A DNA stretch of 55,514 nt from assembly GCA_001938485.1 (NCBI GenBank), contig MQRK01223772.1, positions 1 to 55,514 on the forward strand. The letters run 5' to 3'. The notes beneath the pieces were generated by a model. That model had not been told where the DNA came from and did no database searches. It saw only the letters and a list, made by a program, of their open reading frames with translations. The position numbers and the translations under genes were made by a program. How positions within the stretch are numbered: the stretch's first letter is position 1; every line of letters begins with the position of its first letter. This document shows positions 39,043 through 53,967 of this stretch, in pieces. The DNA comes from Girardia tigrina. Lineage: Eukaryota.

Positions 39043-40478
39043 CAGTGCTTTCAAAAGGTAACTGTGCACCTGCAATTTCAAAACAAGAACGATATCTTGT
39101 GTTCTAAAAATCTATAACAAAATATTTTGAGTAGTCAATTTTATGTGAAGAACAATGACCGTCTCTTAATTTATTAAAAATAACAAGAAAAGAGTCACAA
39201 CAACTGCTAGAAATGCCCACCAAGTTCGTGAATACAAACGTTAATTCGACGTTTCAAGTTTTCGAACACTCGGTGAATTTCCTCTTGGGTGATGGCTTCA
39301 ATTTGGTGTAGGATGTTATCACGTAGGTCTTGCAAAGTTTGTGGTTTGTTTCGGTAAACCTTTTGCTTTATCGCTCCCCACAAGTCCAAAACACTTAGAT
39401 CTGGGGATCTTGGCAGCCAAATTCCTTTGGAAATGATTCTCTTCGGGAAGATCTCATTCAAAAAACGAAGCGAAATGTTTGCGGTATGTGCTGTTGCACC
39501 ATCCTGCTGAAAATAGCCAGTCGATCGTTCTTCTTCAGTTAACTGGCCGATGAAAGCAGAAAGGATTTCCTTGCAGTACCTTTCTGATGTTATGGTTTCA
39601 GTAAAAAAGATGGNNNNNNNNNNNNNNNNNNNNNNNNNNNNNNNNNNNNNNNNNNNNNNNNNNNNNNNNNNNNNNNNNNNNNNNNNNNNNNNNNNNNNNN
39701 NNNNNNNNNNNNNNNNNNNNNNNNNNNNNNNATCCAGACAAATGAAACCACGCTTCATCGGAAAAAAAGTCTTGTCGAGCATGTCATCCTCATTCAGATT
39801 TTCCTTGAACCAATGACAAAACTGGAGTCGCTTTTCAAAGTCTGTGTTTTCAACTCATGTTGACAAATAACACGATATGGATATAACCTTAAAGTTTTCC
39901 TCACGGCGACATGTGCAGTTCCAACGGATACACTTACTTCTTGAGATAATTTTTCGCATTGAGTTTGTTGGACTCTGGCTCATGGCTTTCGAAATAACAT
40001 TGACTTTTTGCTCCGTTAAAATCGTTGGTCGACCTGAGCGGGAGGCATCATGAACGGATCCAGTTTCTCTGAACATGTTCACTAACACTCAAACTGCATT
40101 TCGATGAGGTATTGCTGTTGCGGGAAACTTTTCAGCAAATTTTTCCTTAACTGCTTCTGTGTATTCATCATTCGCACGAAAGACATGTTCAATCAAAAAT
40201 AGTCTCTCCTCCGTTGACAAAACCATTTTAAATTGGAATTAACTTCGCAATAAATTGACTTTCGTCAATGATTAGATTGAATATCAAAATGATATTTTTT
40301 TTAAAAAATTTAAAACGCTCAGTGTCAAGGTCAAAGTGTGCAGGTATGTGTTTTGTTCACGAATCTATTTCATAGTTCGATTTTATAGAAATTTGCATTT
40401 AAAAAGTCTGCTACAACGCTGATTATCTAAAAATAAGCCAGACAATGAAAGGTGCACAGTGACTTTCTGAACGCACTG
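39043..40478 (-). mobile_element. rosa-like mariner (D-38-D spacing), full length but disrupted
   Basis: TIRs CAGTGC.TTCA.AA.GT.ACTGTGCACCT with TA TSD. FRETGSV...SGRP, FQQDGATAHT...WLPRSPDLSVLD. Confidence 0.9.
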
Positions 40479-40969
40479 TATAAAAAATAACAAAATACAA
40501 TAAATAAATACTTGATAAATAAAATACATTAACACACACTATAATTATAAAATAATACATATAACTGAACCAAGCTATTGCTCTGATCTTAACCATAGCC
40601 TGAACCTTCATCCTGTTCTAAACCCTAGCCTTAACTCATACTCATTTGAATTAAATTAAAAATACTTTCTTTTTTTCTTCTAATGTTTTTCCAATATATA
40701 ATTAAAGTCTGGATTTAATTAATTAAGGGTTCGATTTCTTGTGTAAAAACACTAGTTTCTGGTCAGACTGAATTATTTGTTTTATGTTTATTTCTTGCCA
40801 AGGTTTTGTAAGCTGAAAATTTATTATCTTCTAAAAGAAGGCAAAATCAATCATTAGTTTTAGGTATTAAAAATGAAATTAAAAGTTTTGATAAATACAA
40901 TTAGTTTAAAAAAATAAAAAAGATTCATTTAAATTTTTAAAAAAAAATTCAAGTTCTTCAATACAGAAT

Positions 40970-41968
40970 CATGAGAACATGTAACCACTTAATATCAAGA
41001 TAGGATCGAATTGGATTTCTACCGGATCGATTTCAACAAATGACGACGTGGAAGTGTTCATTACCATATGTATAAGAAATTATAAAATTGTGGAAATTCA
41101 GGAGAGCTGTCAATAAAATAGAAAATACTTCAAAGCATATACGCCATGTAATTTCACAGATGGGTGATGAAGCATATTCCAACATAGCGATCGAGAATGA
41201 GACATGGATCTCTTTCCAAGGTAGAGGAAAGAAAGAAGATCACAAAGTTTGGATTCCTTCTAATGCTGTTCCACTAAAAGTGATTGATAAAAATGATTTA
41301 AAAAAATGACTGATAAAAATCTCTTGTTTTCGTAACCTTTACCTACAACAAATGTTTTAATGTAAAAGCACTGCCATATGGTACCAAGATTGATTCCGAG
41401 GCGTACGTGAACTTTGTTCATGACACCGGTGAAAAATGGCGGAAACTTAGATCTAACAGCATCAAGCTAAAGGAACTTAAGTGGTGGCATGATAATGCAA
41501 GACCTCATTCTAGCAAAGAAACAACTCTTTTTTTGAAAGAAGAAAAATAGAAAAAAATTATCAATCGCCCTATAGTCCAGATTTTAATCTGTGTGACAGA
41601 ATCTTGTTTTCAAAAATGAAGAAAAGTTTTAAAAATCATGTTTTCAAATCACATGAAGAAATTGAAGAAGCTTGTAAATTCTTTTTTAATTCTTTATCAA
41701 CAGAAACATTAAAAAATCAACTAGATAAACTTTTTAACTATTGTCAGTTGGTTAGTGACAACAATGGTGAATAAAATTTTAAATTTGCTGCATCTATTTT
41801 TTTAGTTGGTTAATAATACTATTTTTTTGGTAAGTTTCAAATTTTATGCTTTGAAATTTTAACACAGTATTTATGACAGTCTGAATAATATTCAGTCCAA
41901 ATTTGGTTAAATTTGGTAAAATATTAGTGTTTTTTTAAAGGCCACCTGAGGACTTTTGGGACAGCCTA
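40970..41968 (+). mobile_element. mariner-like transposase remnant
   Basis: IENETW, WWHDNARPH and QSPYSPDFNLCD motifs across frameshifts. Right end GGACTTTTGGGACAGCCTA. Confidence 0.75.
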
Positions 41969-42244
41969 AGTTGTTAAAATTCTTTCAATTATAACTAACT
42001 CTTTAAAAAGATAAAGAAACAATAGATAACCTATTGATAAAATACAGGATCAGGTGTCCATAATAGTAATTCGTCAATATGTGAGGTTGGATGACTGAAA
42101 CAGTAATCTGTCTTTCGTAGTTGATGAGAGAACAATGAAATCCATACAATAAATAGATTTTCTAAGTAGTTTTACAGATTTTCGGTATTGGTATTGTTAA
42201 GTGAACTCACACATTTGTCAGAACATTGTTTACATTCACAATTT

Positions 42245-42690
42245 CGATCATCTCTATGACGATCAATAGATTTGCTCTCACTTAAATTCATCACTCAATG
42301 TTTAATACTTCTTCTCCCAATCTGAACTAACTTGAAAAAAATTATTTTATTTAAAATATTTAATTTTAATTTTATTGGTTAAAATAAAATTACTTTTTAT
42401 AATCATTTTTAAACATTAATTTGATTTTAATTATTCAAATATTTACAAAAAAAGCAATAAAATTATTTAAAATTTACAATAATAAAAATTAAAAATTTGA
42501 ATATTAAATCTAAATTTTTATATTTATTTGAATATTAAATCTAAAATTTATTCAAATAAATTAGTTTTAGATTATATGAATTCAAATATTAATCATCCAT
42601 CTGATTATGAGAGACACAATCTAAAATCAACACACAACATTTAGACATGCAAACACTACACAAAAACATCCACACACCAAATATTCCTCA
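42245..42690 (-). repeat. Interspersed repeat, copy 2
   Basis: Reverse complement of ~27225-27640 with scattered substitutions and an internal duplication. Confidence 0.85.
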
Positions 42691-45600
42691 CATGTATCTT
42701 TACCTCCACTTAAACGAGTGGCCCTGTGTAAATTTAAGGGAAAAAATGATGTTAGCTATTTTTTTATCGATTTCGATATTAGAAATTGAAATCATGTTCA
42801 TAATTTTTTATTAATGATATCACAAATAAATTTAAACAAACTTTATACCCTTTCCTATGAAAAATAACATTGGTATTTTTATATCTCTTATTTTAAAAAA
42901 ACGATATTCATTTCGCCAATTTCATTTAGTTAATTAAACATTTTTTTTCATTTTAAAATTTTATGCAATTATTATAATTATATTATTTTAAATTATTTTT
43001 TTTTATTTTTTACGTGGAATTCAATCAAACATTTATTTAACTTTTCGGGTTTTTGAATTATTCATTTTGTAGCAGTTTTAAATTATTTTTTTTCATTGTT
43101 ATTTTTTCTAATAAATTCCAATTAGAAATACTTTAGTTTATTGTAATTTTAAATTTATGTTTGAAAATATAATATTATTTTTGAATTTTCTAAATAAATT
43201 ATTTAGCAAGATTAATTTTTAATTTACTTCTTCTAACTGACATTAACTGAACCTATGTATAATGTTTACAAATCAATTAATTTGAAATTTTAAATCAAAT
43301 CTTTTAATTTTTATAATATAAGTTAAAATTAATACTAATATTATTTATTTTTTTTGAAAGAAAAAATATACAAAGAAAATAGAATGAACTTTTAACGGAT
43401 CGATTATTTTTTTAATTGTTTAAAATTTTTTAAATACTTTACCCAAAAAAATGAAATTTTTTATTCGTTTTTTCATGATTTTATAAGCATAAATAAATAT
43501 TTTTTATTGATTTATTCTTTGAATAATTATTCTTCTAATTGGAATGTCTTAGTTAATTAACATGTCTGCGATGCTTTTTTATAGAATATCAATTCCAATG
43601 CTAATTATCTTTTAATATTAATAATATTAATTTTAAAAATAAAAATTTTTTATTATAAGAAATTATTTTTATATTTATAAAAATTATCAATAAATAAAAT
43701 ATTTATTTATTATTATATTTTTTTGTTTTTTTTGAAGTGTCATCGAATTTAATGTTTGAAATAAAATATGCATTTAAAGAAAAATAAATTTATTTGTATA
43801 TTTTTTGCTGTTTTTAATAAAAAAATATCTAAAAATAATTTTTATTTTTTAATAAAATCAAAGCTGAAAAAAACAATTAAATTTTAATTACATTTGTAAT
43901 TATTTTTCCATATTTTTATTTTTGAAATAGTAATTTTTTAATAATGTTTTTTTTTAATTTTAAATATTTAAAAGAAATAGTTTTTAATAATAATAATAAT
44001 TTATACAAATGTTGCAAAAATATTTATTAATTATAAAATTATAAATAATTTATAGAAATTTGTATTTTTGCTTTCTTTTAATAAAAACAATATTTATTCG
44101 GTACTCATAATAAATAAAATTGATTTTATATAATGATTTCTTAATAAATAGTATTTTCAAGCTATATTATACGGTTGATGCACAAGTTTTTGGCCCTCAC
44201 TTAATAATAATATGTTGAGATATATTTCGATCGATATTTTCAATAAAACCTTTTCTTTGTTCATTTCTTTTCCCAAATACACTTAATAATGCAGGCCAAC
44301 AAGGTACATGTCTATTTGCATGCTTCTCGTGCTTAAACTTAGAAAAACGCTACAGAAACAAAGGCTTCATTATTGACATTGTGACGGATAATTTGGAATA
44401 ATGTAAGTTTGTTGTTTGTATGCTGTTTAGATTTGTGACTCTCCTACTCAGATGGGATTGATATGTTATTGATTAATTATTTGAATCTAATGATATTAAT
44501 TTTAAGTACTAATTAATTAAAGTTTGATAATTATGAATTTTAATAATATTTTCAGTAAACGATTTTAACTTAGTAAATTTAATATATTTTAAAAATTAAT
44601 GTTTATTTAAAAAATTACATAATGTCTTTTTATCCAATAAAATTATGAGATTATTAAAATGTCATATTAAAAGTTCTCATTCATTGTTTTTTTTATATTT
44701 GAATATTTAATCAAAAACTATATTAATCAAAGAAAGATGACCTCTGAAAATTGTTGTGAAGAATCTGTTTGTGTTGTAAATAAAAGTTTGCATTCAAATT
44801 GTGATATTGTTAATAGATATGTTGTTAATAGACATAATGGTGCTTTGGCCTATTCAATGGTTAATCAATCGTTCTATTAGTTCAGAAATTTTGAATTTGT
44901 GCTCGAAAATAAACAAAAACATAGCAGACCAAAAGAAATGGATGATACCGAATTACGAGTCATACTGCCTGATTCGCAGAGAGGCAATTTGAGCACGGCA
45001 GCCATGCCCAGAGTTCAACAACTCGCATCTCGTTCTCGTTTTAGATTCGTGATTTCTGCGTGATAAATATATTCTATATAGATATTTAATTTTGTAAGCA
45101 AACAACACACATATTGTTTCCAATGAACAAGAACCGCAGTCAACATAATCCCCAAGAAATAAATATCTGTCAGTTGATGATTTTCCACAATTTTGGAATT
45201 ATCTCATTAATTCATTCCATTGATCATGAATGTCTTCACAATTTTTAATAGGTACTGAAATTTCGTCAATTTCTTTGATACGCAATCTCTGATCGGGAAT
45301 TCTTACATGATTATCTTCGAATATCTTCATAAAATAATGCACATTAAAAATATAGTTGTTAGGAATTAAAAATGTTAGGAAAATTTTTGAAAGAGAGTTA
45401 TATTAAATATGTACAAATTAAAATTTTTATATACATTTTTATATTTTTATATGTAACATTCGAAAAAAGAAAGTTATATTAAATATGTACAAATTAAAAT
45501 TTTTTATATAATTAAATATGTAACATTCGAAAAAATAAAATTACTAAAATTAAGATAAATTAAATTGCTAATAAAATTTTTTGAGAGTTTTAATATAATA

Positions 45601-46289
45601 TAAAAAGTAAAAAAAGTGTATAATTTTTATGTGAAACGATTTTAAAAAAGTAATAAAATTAAATGAAACGATTAAATATTTTAAAGTGTTATCGTAATTA
45701 TAGAAGTAATAAAAAAAAGCAAATATGAATATTTATATGTATTTTTATCTATATCGGTTTAAGATTTATGAAATAAATAGTTTCTCAAAAAAAATTGTTT
45801 AAATATTAGATTTAAACATTTTTTTGTGGTATAATAAAAGTTTTAATGTCTGATATTAATACTTCTGACGAGTTTCCAAGAACCTCTAATAATAGTCAAA
45901 TGGCAAAGATATCTGTTCTTTTAAATTAGACATTTCAATTTCAGTTAATGAATATATGAAAGAAATCGATATCTCAATAAATTTTTATTAGTTCTGAAAT
46001 CTCTATACCAACTGATTAATTAAAACATCCATAAAATTTACATTTTTCTTGGCATAATTTAATAATCTTAACCATCATAATAATAATTTTTTTACATTTT
46101 TATAATTACAAAAAAAACTAAATTAACCAAAAACATAAAATTTCTAAATTCAAAAGTTTTTTTAATTTAATTAACTTTCATTTTTCTGAATTTTATAATT
46201 TACATTTACAACAAAAAACTAGATTAACTAATCGATCAATTTTCTCAAATTTTAAAACATTTTTTTACCTTTTATATTCTCAAACACTA

Positions 46290-47006
46290 CCAAGATCACA
46301 TGTAAACTGGTTATAGATCTTTGAGAGAACTAATCCCTTGTCCAAAGGATATGAGATGAGTTCCACATCAGGTATCTCTAAAAAATATTGCACAAAGATT
46401 GAGTTATGCATCTATAATTATGCACGTCATCAGTGAAAATCGCTTCTTTTGAGAATTGTTACTGGTGACAAGAAACGTGTACATAAGGAGAATCCAAAGT
46501 GCAAAAGATCATGGGTAGACTCTGGCAAGAAAAAAACACTCCTTCCAAGCTAAATACTCCTAGGAAGAAGATGCTGTTATGATGGGATGCAAAGGGAGTG
46601 CTTAACTGATGTGTTCAAGCCCGGGAAAACAAGAATTGTAGCCTCAAGTTGGTTTTAGTGCCATGAAGATCATACTCCTCTATTAAAATGGTCGTCCCTT
46701 TGTTGCTGCAGCAACAAAAATTTTTTATATATATATGTGGCACCATCAGATTTTCATCTTTTAAGTGCTCTGCAGTACACTTTGGCCGGACAGAGCTGTT
46801 AAAACGAAGTTGATGTGATAAATTCATTGATTTCATACAACCCAGAAAAATGTTTCAGGTATGGCATCCAAAATGTTCTAGGGGATTGGTATAAGGGGAT
46901 TTATCCACACGGAGATTATTTTGATGATTAAAAGTTTGTCCTTTTTTCTAATATTTCTCAATTAATTCGCTTAATAAAAGCCAAGAATTTTTGCAACAAC
47001 CATAGT
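46290..47006 (+). mobile_element. Decayed mariner fragment
   Basis: LLRIVTGDKKRVHKENPKCKRSWV motif. Terminal AAGAATTTTTGCAACAACCATAGTA resembles a mariner TIR. Confidence 0.6.
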
Positions 47007-47629
47007 ATATTAGAATTTAATTTTTTTATATATTTCTTCTTTTTTATTAATTTTCTGTTGAATCAAAAAAAATAATTAAATTTAATTGATCATCAGCTTT
47101 TATATGAATTTATTGTTCCTTGATATTGTTTTTTTTAATCTTATCTAATATTATAAGTCCAACATTTTACGAAACGAAAATTAATGATTATTATTATTAA
47201 TACTATTAGTAAAGGTTGACCCCAAAAAACAGGATATAAAAACATGAATCATTAAACAAACGAAATTATTATCGTTGTTTGACTAATTATAAATCATATA
47301 ATGAAACTATTTTGGAGGTTTACCGAAAGAGAACCGATAAGAAATCCGATTTCGTCTGAGTCACTGAACAATTACATAAAAAAAGATTATTAAAAAAGAT
47401 TTTCGGACAAACAAAACAATCAAAAAGAACTATTTAGATGTTGAAAAAGAGACAATAGTGAACTAAAATAAATAATAACAACTAATTCAAACAAAAAATT
47501 GAACGTTATTTTTTAAAATCTATTGTAATACATTACGGCGGATTATCCGCCATAATATTAGTTTAACATAAATGAAAATGATAATTGTGTAATTAATCAT
47601 GTCATAACGGCTCAAAAAGAGATGTTGAG

Positions 47630-47790
47630 TGTGAAGCTTGAACAATCTCTACCAATGGATTAAAGATCATAGTGGATTATTGGAGCAATATTGCTGAACA
47701 TAAATTAAAATTTAAAAAGGAAATAGAAGAAAAGGATTTTCGAATTCTGTGTCATCGATTTAAAAATTATTGGGAGAGAGTAACAATATT
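47630..47790 (+). mobile_element. Penelope-like GIY-YIG fragment
   Basis: SNIAEH and KDFRILCHRFKNYWERVT parallel the 16340-16450 segment (SNIAGH, NFKILCSNFKNYLERVT). Confidence 0.55.
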
Positions 47791-47929
47791 AATATTAACT
47801 ATATTAATATTTAAGCTTCACAATTTGTATATTAAAATGTAAACGTAACCTAAAATTATGTTCTATAAACCTCAGTTTAATTTTATTTAAATAAAATAAT
47901 GACGTGAAAATCAGCCAAAATTGAATATA

Positions 47930-49207
47930 TTAGGTTGGGGAAAAAGTAATCCATTATTTTAATGCATTATTTATCGATCAAACAATTTCAAATTTATGCT
48001 CTTTGTCAAGGTAACATTTCATAGTTATTTCACAAAAAATTTTTGCTCTTTTTTATACAGTTCTGAGTTACAGGGTGTTAAAAATTGAAGTCAACAAAGA
48101 AAAAATTTGGTACATTTTACAGTTTTTATTCGATAAAGGCGAAAATGCAAGCCAGGCGGCTGTTATTGTGAATGGTGTTTACGGTGCCAATACTGTAACG
48201 GCTAATTACACGCAATTTTGGTTTCGTCGATTCCGTGTATGCATTTTTGATGTTAAAGATGCACATATGCAGGCCTATCGTTGAAAATGTTGATAAAATC
48301 TCGGCAATGATCGAAGTTGACTGGCATGTTTGTAGTCGCAGCATCGCACAGGAGCTGAAGATCGACCACAAAACGGTTTTAAACCATTTGGGTAAAGCAG
48401 GATTCAAAAAGAAACTTGATGTTTTGGTTCCACACCAATTAAAACCAAAAAAACATGATGGATCGAATTTCCATCTGCGAAGCCTTTGCTAAACGAAATG
48501 AAATCGACCCATTTCTTAAACGGATGGTTACTGGGGATGAGAAATGGGTTACATACGACAATATTGTACGAAAACGATCGTGGTCAAAGCACGGTGAAGC
48601 ACCTCAAACGGTCGCTAAACCAGGACTAATGGCGAGGAAGGTCCTACTGTGTATTTGGTGGGACTGAAAGGAATCATTTATTATGAGTTGCTTCCGTATG
48701 GCCAAACACTAAATTCAGATCTGTACTGTCAACAACTGGACCATTTGAAGATAGCAATTGATGAGAAACATCCAGAATTGGCCAACAGAAGAGGTGTTGT
48801 GTTCCATCACGACAACGCCAGACCACATACGTCTGTAGTGACTCGCCAGAAACTCAGGGAGCTTGGTTGGGAAGTTTTAATGCATCCACCATATAGTTCG
48901 AACCTGGCACCAAGCGATTTCCAACTTTTTCTAGCATTGCAAAATTTCCTGAGTGATAAGAAATTGGGATCAATAGAAGATTGTGAAAATCGATTACTAC
49001 AGTTTTTTGCCAAAGGACCAAGACTTCTACGAGAGAGGCATTATAAAGCTACCTTCAAAATGGTAACTAATTATACAACAAAACGATGTATATTTGACTC
49101 CAGTAGAAGTCTTGGACCTTTAGCAAAAAACTGTAGTAATCCAAAACATATTAAATAAAGTTTTGAATTTCACGCCAAAATAATGGATTTCTTTTTCTCC
49201 AACCTAA
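47930..49207 (+). mobile_element. mariner (DD34D, mellifera-subfamily-like), near full length
   Basis: TIRs TTAGGTTGG.GAAAAAG.AATCCATTATTTT with TA TSD, 1278 bp. EVNKEKIWYILQF, VPHQL, VTGDEKW, HHDNARPH, HPPYSSNLAPSDF. A few frameshifts and stops. Confidence 0.95.
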
Positions 49208-52200
49208 TATTATAACGAATGAGTTCCGAAAGAAAATTGATTAACAAATTTGAAACTCAGTGAAATAAATAAAAAATTATAACACAAACAGTTAAAATAG
49301 TCACCAAACGTATTTCGTGAAATAGAATTGCCAGTCAAATATCGTACGAACTTCGGTTTCGAATAATTAGGTAAGACGGTTTAATAATACTTTCTTTTGA
49401 CGATGATATAATAATTCTATATCGATTATTTAATTCTAGTTTTAAAATGGAAATTGAAATACGATCAAATAATTATAATTTATATGGTGGTAAAAATAAG
49501 GCGGAAGGAAATAACGCGCTGTTTTTTTAATTCATTTACTTTACCTATACTAAATTTTCTTTTTTTGATTCTTGACAGATTTAATATTTTCTTTTGATAG
49601 AGGAAATTTATTGTTATCTTGTTTTGGCGCGTGCAGTTTGCACCACCAACCTCCGTCGTTGGAAAGGGAAGAAAAAACAAATAGAACGAGCGTAAAATAT
49701 ATTGATACACGACATGAGAATACGAACCGAATCGGCAAAATAGGGGCATCTATCGGCATGATCATTGAATTGAAAACACGTGTATTGTTTGGGGATATTT
49801 GATTTGACGACTGAGTGTTTGCTGAAGTTGCTGGCTGTGCTTTTGCTTTTGGTCGTGGTGGATTCCATATTTCTTAATTTTTGAATTTGTTTGCCACTTT
49901 GTTTAGTAAAACAAAAACATTAATTTTTGTTTAGTCATTTAATTTGTTGAATTTTTATTTATAATGATTTTTTTTTGAACACCACACTTGTAAAGAACAT
50001 AATATAAATACAAAAAAATAAGAAAAAATACAAAAAGTATACGACACTCTTGCAGTTACACACAACACAAACAAGATTGTATCTCACGAGAGAAGAGAAC
50101 AGTAAAAAGATACAGATTAGATGAAGGATATTACACAGGTCGGAAAAATAAAATTCAGAAGTGTGAGAAACTCACACTACATGAACATTTTTAAATAGAG
50201 CCTTTATGACATGATTAATTGCAAATCATCACTTTCATATATAAGCTGCTAAAATTTTCTAGACTTAATTGTCTTTCTCGTGCGGTGAGTCTTCTGTGGC
50301 CAGTTGTTGCGTATCCGTTAAGTTTCAAATAATAAGTCTAAGAAATAAAAATTTTTGTCATTATTTTTAGATTCAGAAAATTAAATGTCAGACAATTAAG
50401 TCCTAGTGTTAATTTTTTATAACTTATATTTTTAATAAAATTTAAAATTTGTAAAATAAATTTGAAAAATAAAGAAAAATAAATAAAAAATCTAATAAAT
50501 TTCAAAGAAAATAAAAATTTTCCAGTAAATTTAAAAAAATTAAAATTCTAATCAATTTTAAAACTTTTGAAAGATTCCAGTAAATTTTAGAAAAAAATGA
50601 AAAACCTAATAAGTTTCAAAAAATTAAAAAAATTAAAGTAAAAAAATCAAGTAACAATATATTTATTTCTCAAAAGCCTAAATGGAAATCATTGGTCCAC
50701 AAGTTTTGGTCCCCAAGGCCGCGCAAGTATTCAACGATTGTTCGCTTGTCACCCTCTCCAAATCCCCTTCAACAATTAATTTTAATTTATTAGACTTAAT
50801 TTTTCAATTTTTTAAAATTTTTTGAAAGGTTTCAAATAATTTAAAATTTATTAGATTTCTAATTTTTAAAATTTACTGGATTTTTTTCTACAATCCTAAA
50901 AATATTTCTTGTAAAAAGAATTATAATTTTACTACAATCTTCAAATAATTTGAAGATAAAAAAAACAAAATCGTGTAGTGAGTCTTCTACAGCAAGATGT
51001 CCTGTTCCGGCTAAAACTAATGTTACTTTAGTCTGACGATAGCGGGTAACAATTAATTTTAATTAATTAATTAAATTAATTACAATAGATTTTCAAAAAT
51101 GGCATTAAATTTTTTTGATTAATGATTATAATTTTCCATCGTTTTTCAAGTCCTTTTTTTATTATTTTCCTTTATTTTCCTCGGTAAAAATAATACTAAA
51201 AGAAAAATATCGAGTAAAAAGAAAACAAATAATTTCAAATTTCTAATGACATTTTATTTTTTTTAGAGAAATTTAATTATTATCCCATGAGTCATTGAAA
51301 AAATGCTGTCAAATTTATTCCCGTAATTAATATTTCCGTTATTTCTGTCCTCGGGGTTCTCTTTTTTTCAGATGTGTGTTTAACGAAAATTCCTGTGTAA
51401 AAAAACGACCCCCTTCCACTTTTTTATATTCAGATGCGTTTTTATTATTTAATTATGTCTTTAAATAATTATTTCATCTGTTTTGAGTTATGTTTGTTTA
51501 TTTTTGTTGGAATTTCCAAGATGATTTATTTATTTATTGAAACCTCAATAAATAATATATTTTATCAATTAATTTTATTTTAATAGAAATTTCCAAAAAT
51601 ATACATATAAATAAAGTTTTGTAATATAAATATTTTTGTCCGGAAAATAGTTTCTTTTTCGAGTTCTGCCTTCTTTTTGTTTATCAATAATGGATTTATA
51701 TGTTGAACATTAAATCTTTGAGGTTAATTTATTATAGAATTAATTGATGATAAAAATTTTTATGATTAAAGGATAAAAATAAACAAAATAAATTTTATTT
51801 GAATTATGTATTAAAAAATATTTTATAATAAAATATACATTATTAAAATTTGTTTATTAAATTGGATGTAATAAATATATTAAATTAAATTAGAATACAT
51901 ATTTAATATAATAACTGAACAAAAGAATAAATAGTTCCATATTTCCTAAATTGGAATTAGTATCAGAGATCAAAAGTTCCTTTCTCAAAAAGCGATCAGT
52001 GACTTGGGGAAAAAAATAATTCAAAAATCATTCAAATCAAAGACATTCAAAAGATTTTCGGTGTATGTTTGAATGGATCTTTTCTGGTAAGCCATGTCTA
52101 CTCGTTTCGGTGTACACATCTTCTGTTACGATTATTCAAGATACAGGGCATGAACCGGGGATCTACTAGAGGACAATATCTTATGAAGACGCGGTAGCTG

Positions 52201-53159
52201 TATCACATTGGGCTGTGAAGATAGAACATCAGCGTGGTCCCTACTGTCTACCTTGTCAGTTGCCAGAAAATCACCGGTGGCATTCTTTCATTTTCTTCCA
52301 ATTGTCCAACCTTTCCAAGAAGAAAGCTCTCATGGGCCTGATTTCTTTCATTCCCCCTTTTGGAGACTCTGACTATAATATATTTTAATTATAATTAATT
52401 AAATTTGGAAGAATTTAGATTTGTGTCGAACTTTTTTAATCAATTACCGCTTGTAGTCATTATTAGGAGTTAATTTAAATTTGCATCTCGCCAAAATAGT
52501 TTATTATATTTTTTTTTAATTTGATACCTTTTAAAAAAGTAAATAAATACAAAAGTTTTAAAATTAAAAATGATATAATAAAGAAAACCATCAAAAATTA
52601 AATACTTAAAATACGTAGTTATAAGTTATAACTGTAAAATTTTTTTTTATTTTTAAATAACTATTTATTTTTATAACTTATAACAATAGATATATTTTAA
52701 TAAATGTTATGAAATAATTTTAAATAAATTTTAAAATAAATAATAAACGGATTAAACTTTATAATATTTTAAGAAATAATTTTGTTAAATAAAAGGCCTA
52801 TTGTAAATATAAATTAATTACTTTTAGAATAAAATTTTATAAAATTTTAAGTTTTAATTTAAAAATTATTTTATTAATTTAAAGTTTTAAAATTTATTAA
52901 ATTTTAAAAATTGAATTCGAAGAAAAATTTATTAGATTAATTTTAGCAAAATAAGTGAATTGAAAAGAAATTTGTTCAATTCTGTGAATTATTGTTGTTG
53001 GGATATTTGTTTCCATAAAACAACAAAAGAAAAATTAATCAACGAAATTCAAAATTTTTATTTACATCACAATTTGTTTATTTAAACAAGATTTTATTAT
53101 TTTTAAAAAACACGTTTTATTTGATTTTTAAAAAACAATAAAACTAGTTTAACACATCT

Positions 53160-53640
53160 CCATGCTCAGTTTGGCCCTATATCTCAGCGACTTCAGTCTG
53201 TCTACGGAAACTCTCTTGGTTTGATTATTAATTTTGATCTTCATGTTCTTGAGAATGTATACTTCAGCTAATTATTGAGTACGATCCGTCGTATAACGGT
53301 TCAAGGCATATCGTGTATTCATTTCTGAGCCAAACGTTTGTTAACGTCTCAAGTCTCCGATCGATGAATGGTTTGATGGAGGCTTTCCTTGTAGCTCCGC
53401 AGTTTAAGAAATATTTGATGTTTCTTTTTATACCTTCTGGTTCTTCAAGTTGTTTTTCCGTTGCAATTGGATGGTCATTAAGTAGTCTCATATTGTATCC
53501 AAAGGTGAGCTGAGAAGGTGATACTCTTCTGTCAGATTTGATAGTGTTTCTTAATCCGAGGAGGACTATAGGAAGATTTTTATACCAATCTTTGTTTGTT
53601 TCCTATGAGGCTGCATTTAATGAATCGTGAGCCTGTTCAC
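53160..53640 (-). mobile_element. Ty3/Gypsy integrase C-terminal remnant
   Basis: DWYKNLPIVLLGLRNTIKSD..SPSQLTFGYNMRL...VWLRN...LEPLYDGSY. Confidence 0.75.
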
Positions 53641-53967
53641 TAGTCTTACAGTCATGAAATCGATTCCAGCAACGTCTGTTGAATCAAAAGCCTCAAAAAA
53701 CTTCTTATAGTTATTTTTGTGTGATCGTGATCACAGAATAAATAGATTTTTACTTTTGATAATCTCTTGCACAGATGGAATACAATTGTTGCTAACCAAG
53801 GTGTTTACATTGAGAAATGATAAATAATATTTTTCTTACTAGTAATAAATTTTGTTCAAAATAAAAGTTGTTAGAACATTGCTATTTTTTTATTTCATTC
53901 GGAATCTTAGAGGCAATTGATAGAACGACGTAGAACCATCTATATTCTTTTATCAAATATAAACTCT

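Noticed and set aside
243-39731. ORFs spanning N runs
   Set aside because: Artefacts of translating through six assembly gaps, except where transposase or PLE motifs flank the gap.
44160-46080. Possible minus-strand host exons (e.g. HVPCWPALLSVFGKR)
   Set aside because: Short, contain stops, have no recognisable domain and do not form a consistent exon chain.
4595-49207. Fanzor/TnpB cargo in the Tc1/mariner elements
   Set aside because: All elements are about 0.9-1.4 kb with transposase only. No RuvC or zinc-ribbon ORF is seen.
49480-50200. LTR end, PBS and gag start on the minus strand
   Set aside because: Only weak TACA/TGG cues. No second LTR or gag motif confirms it.
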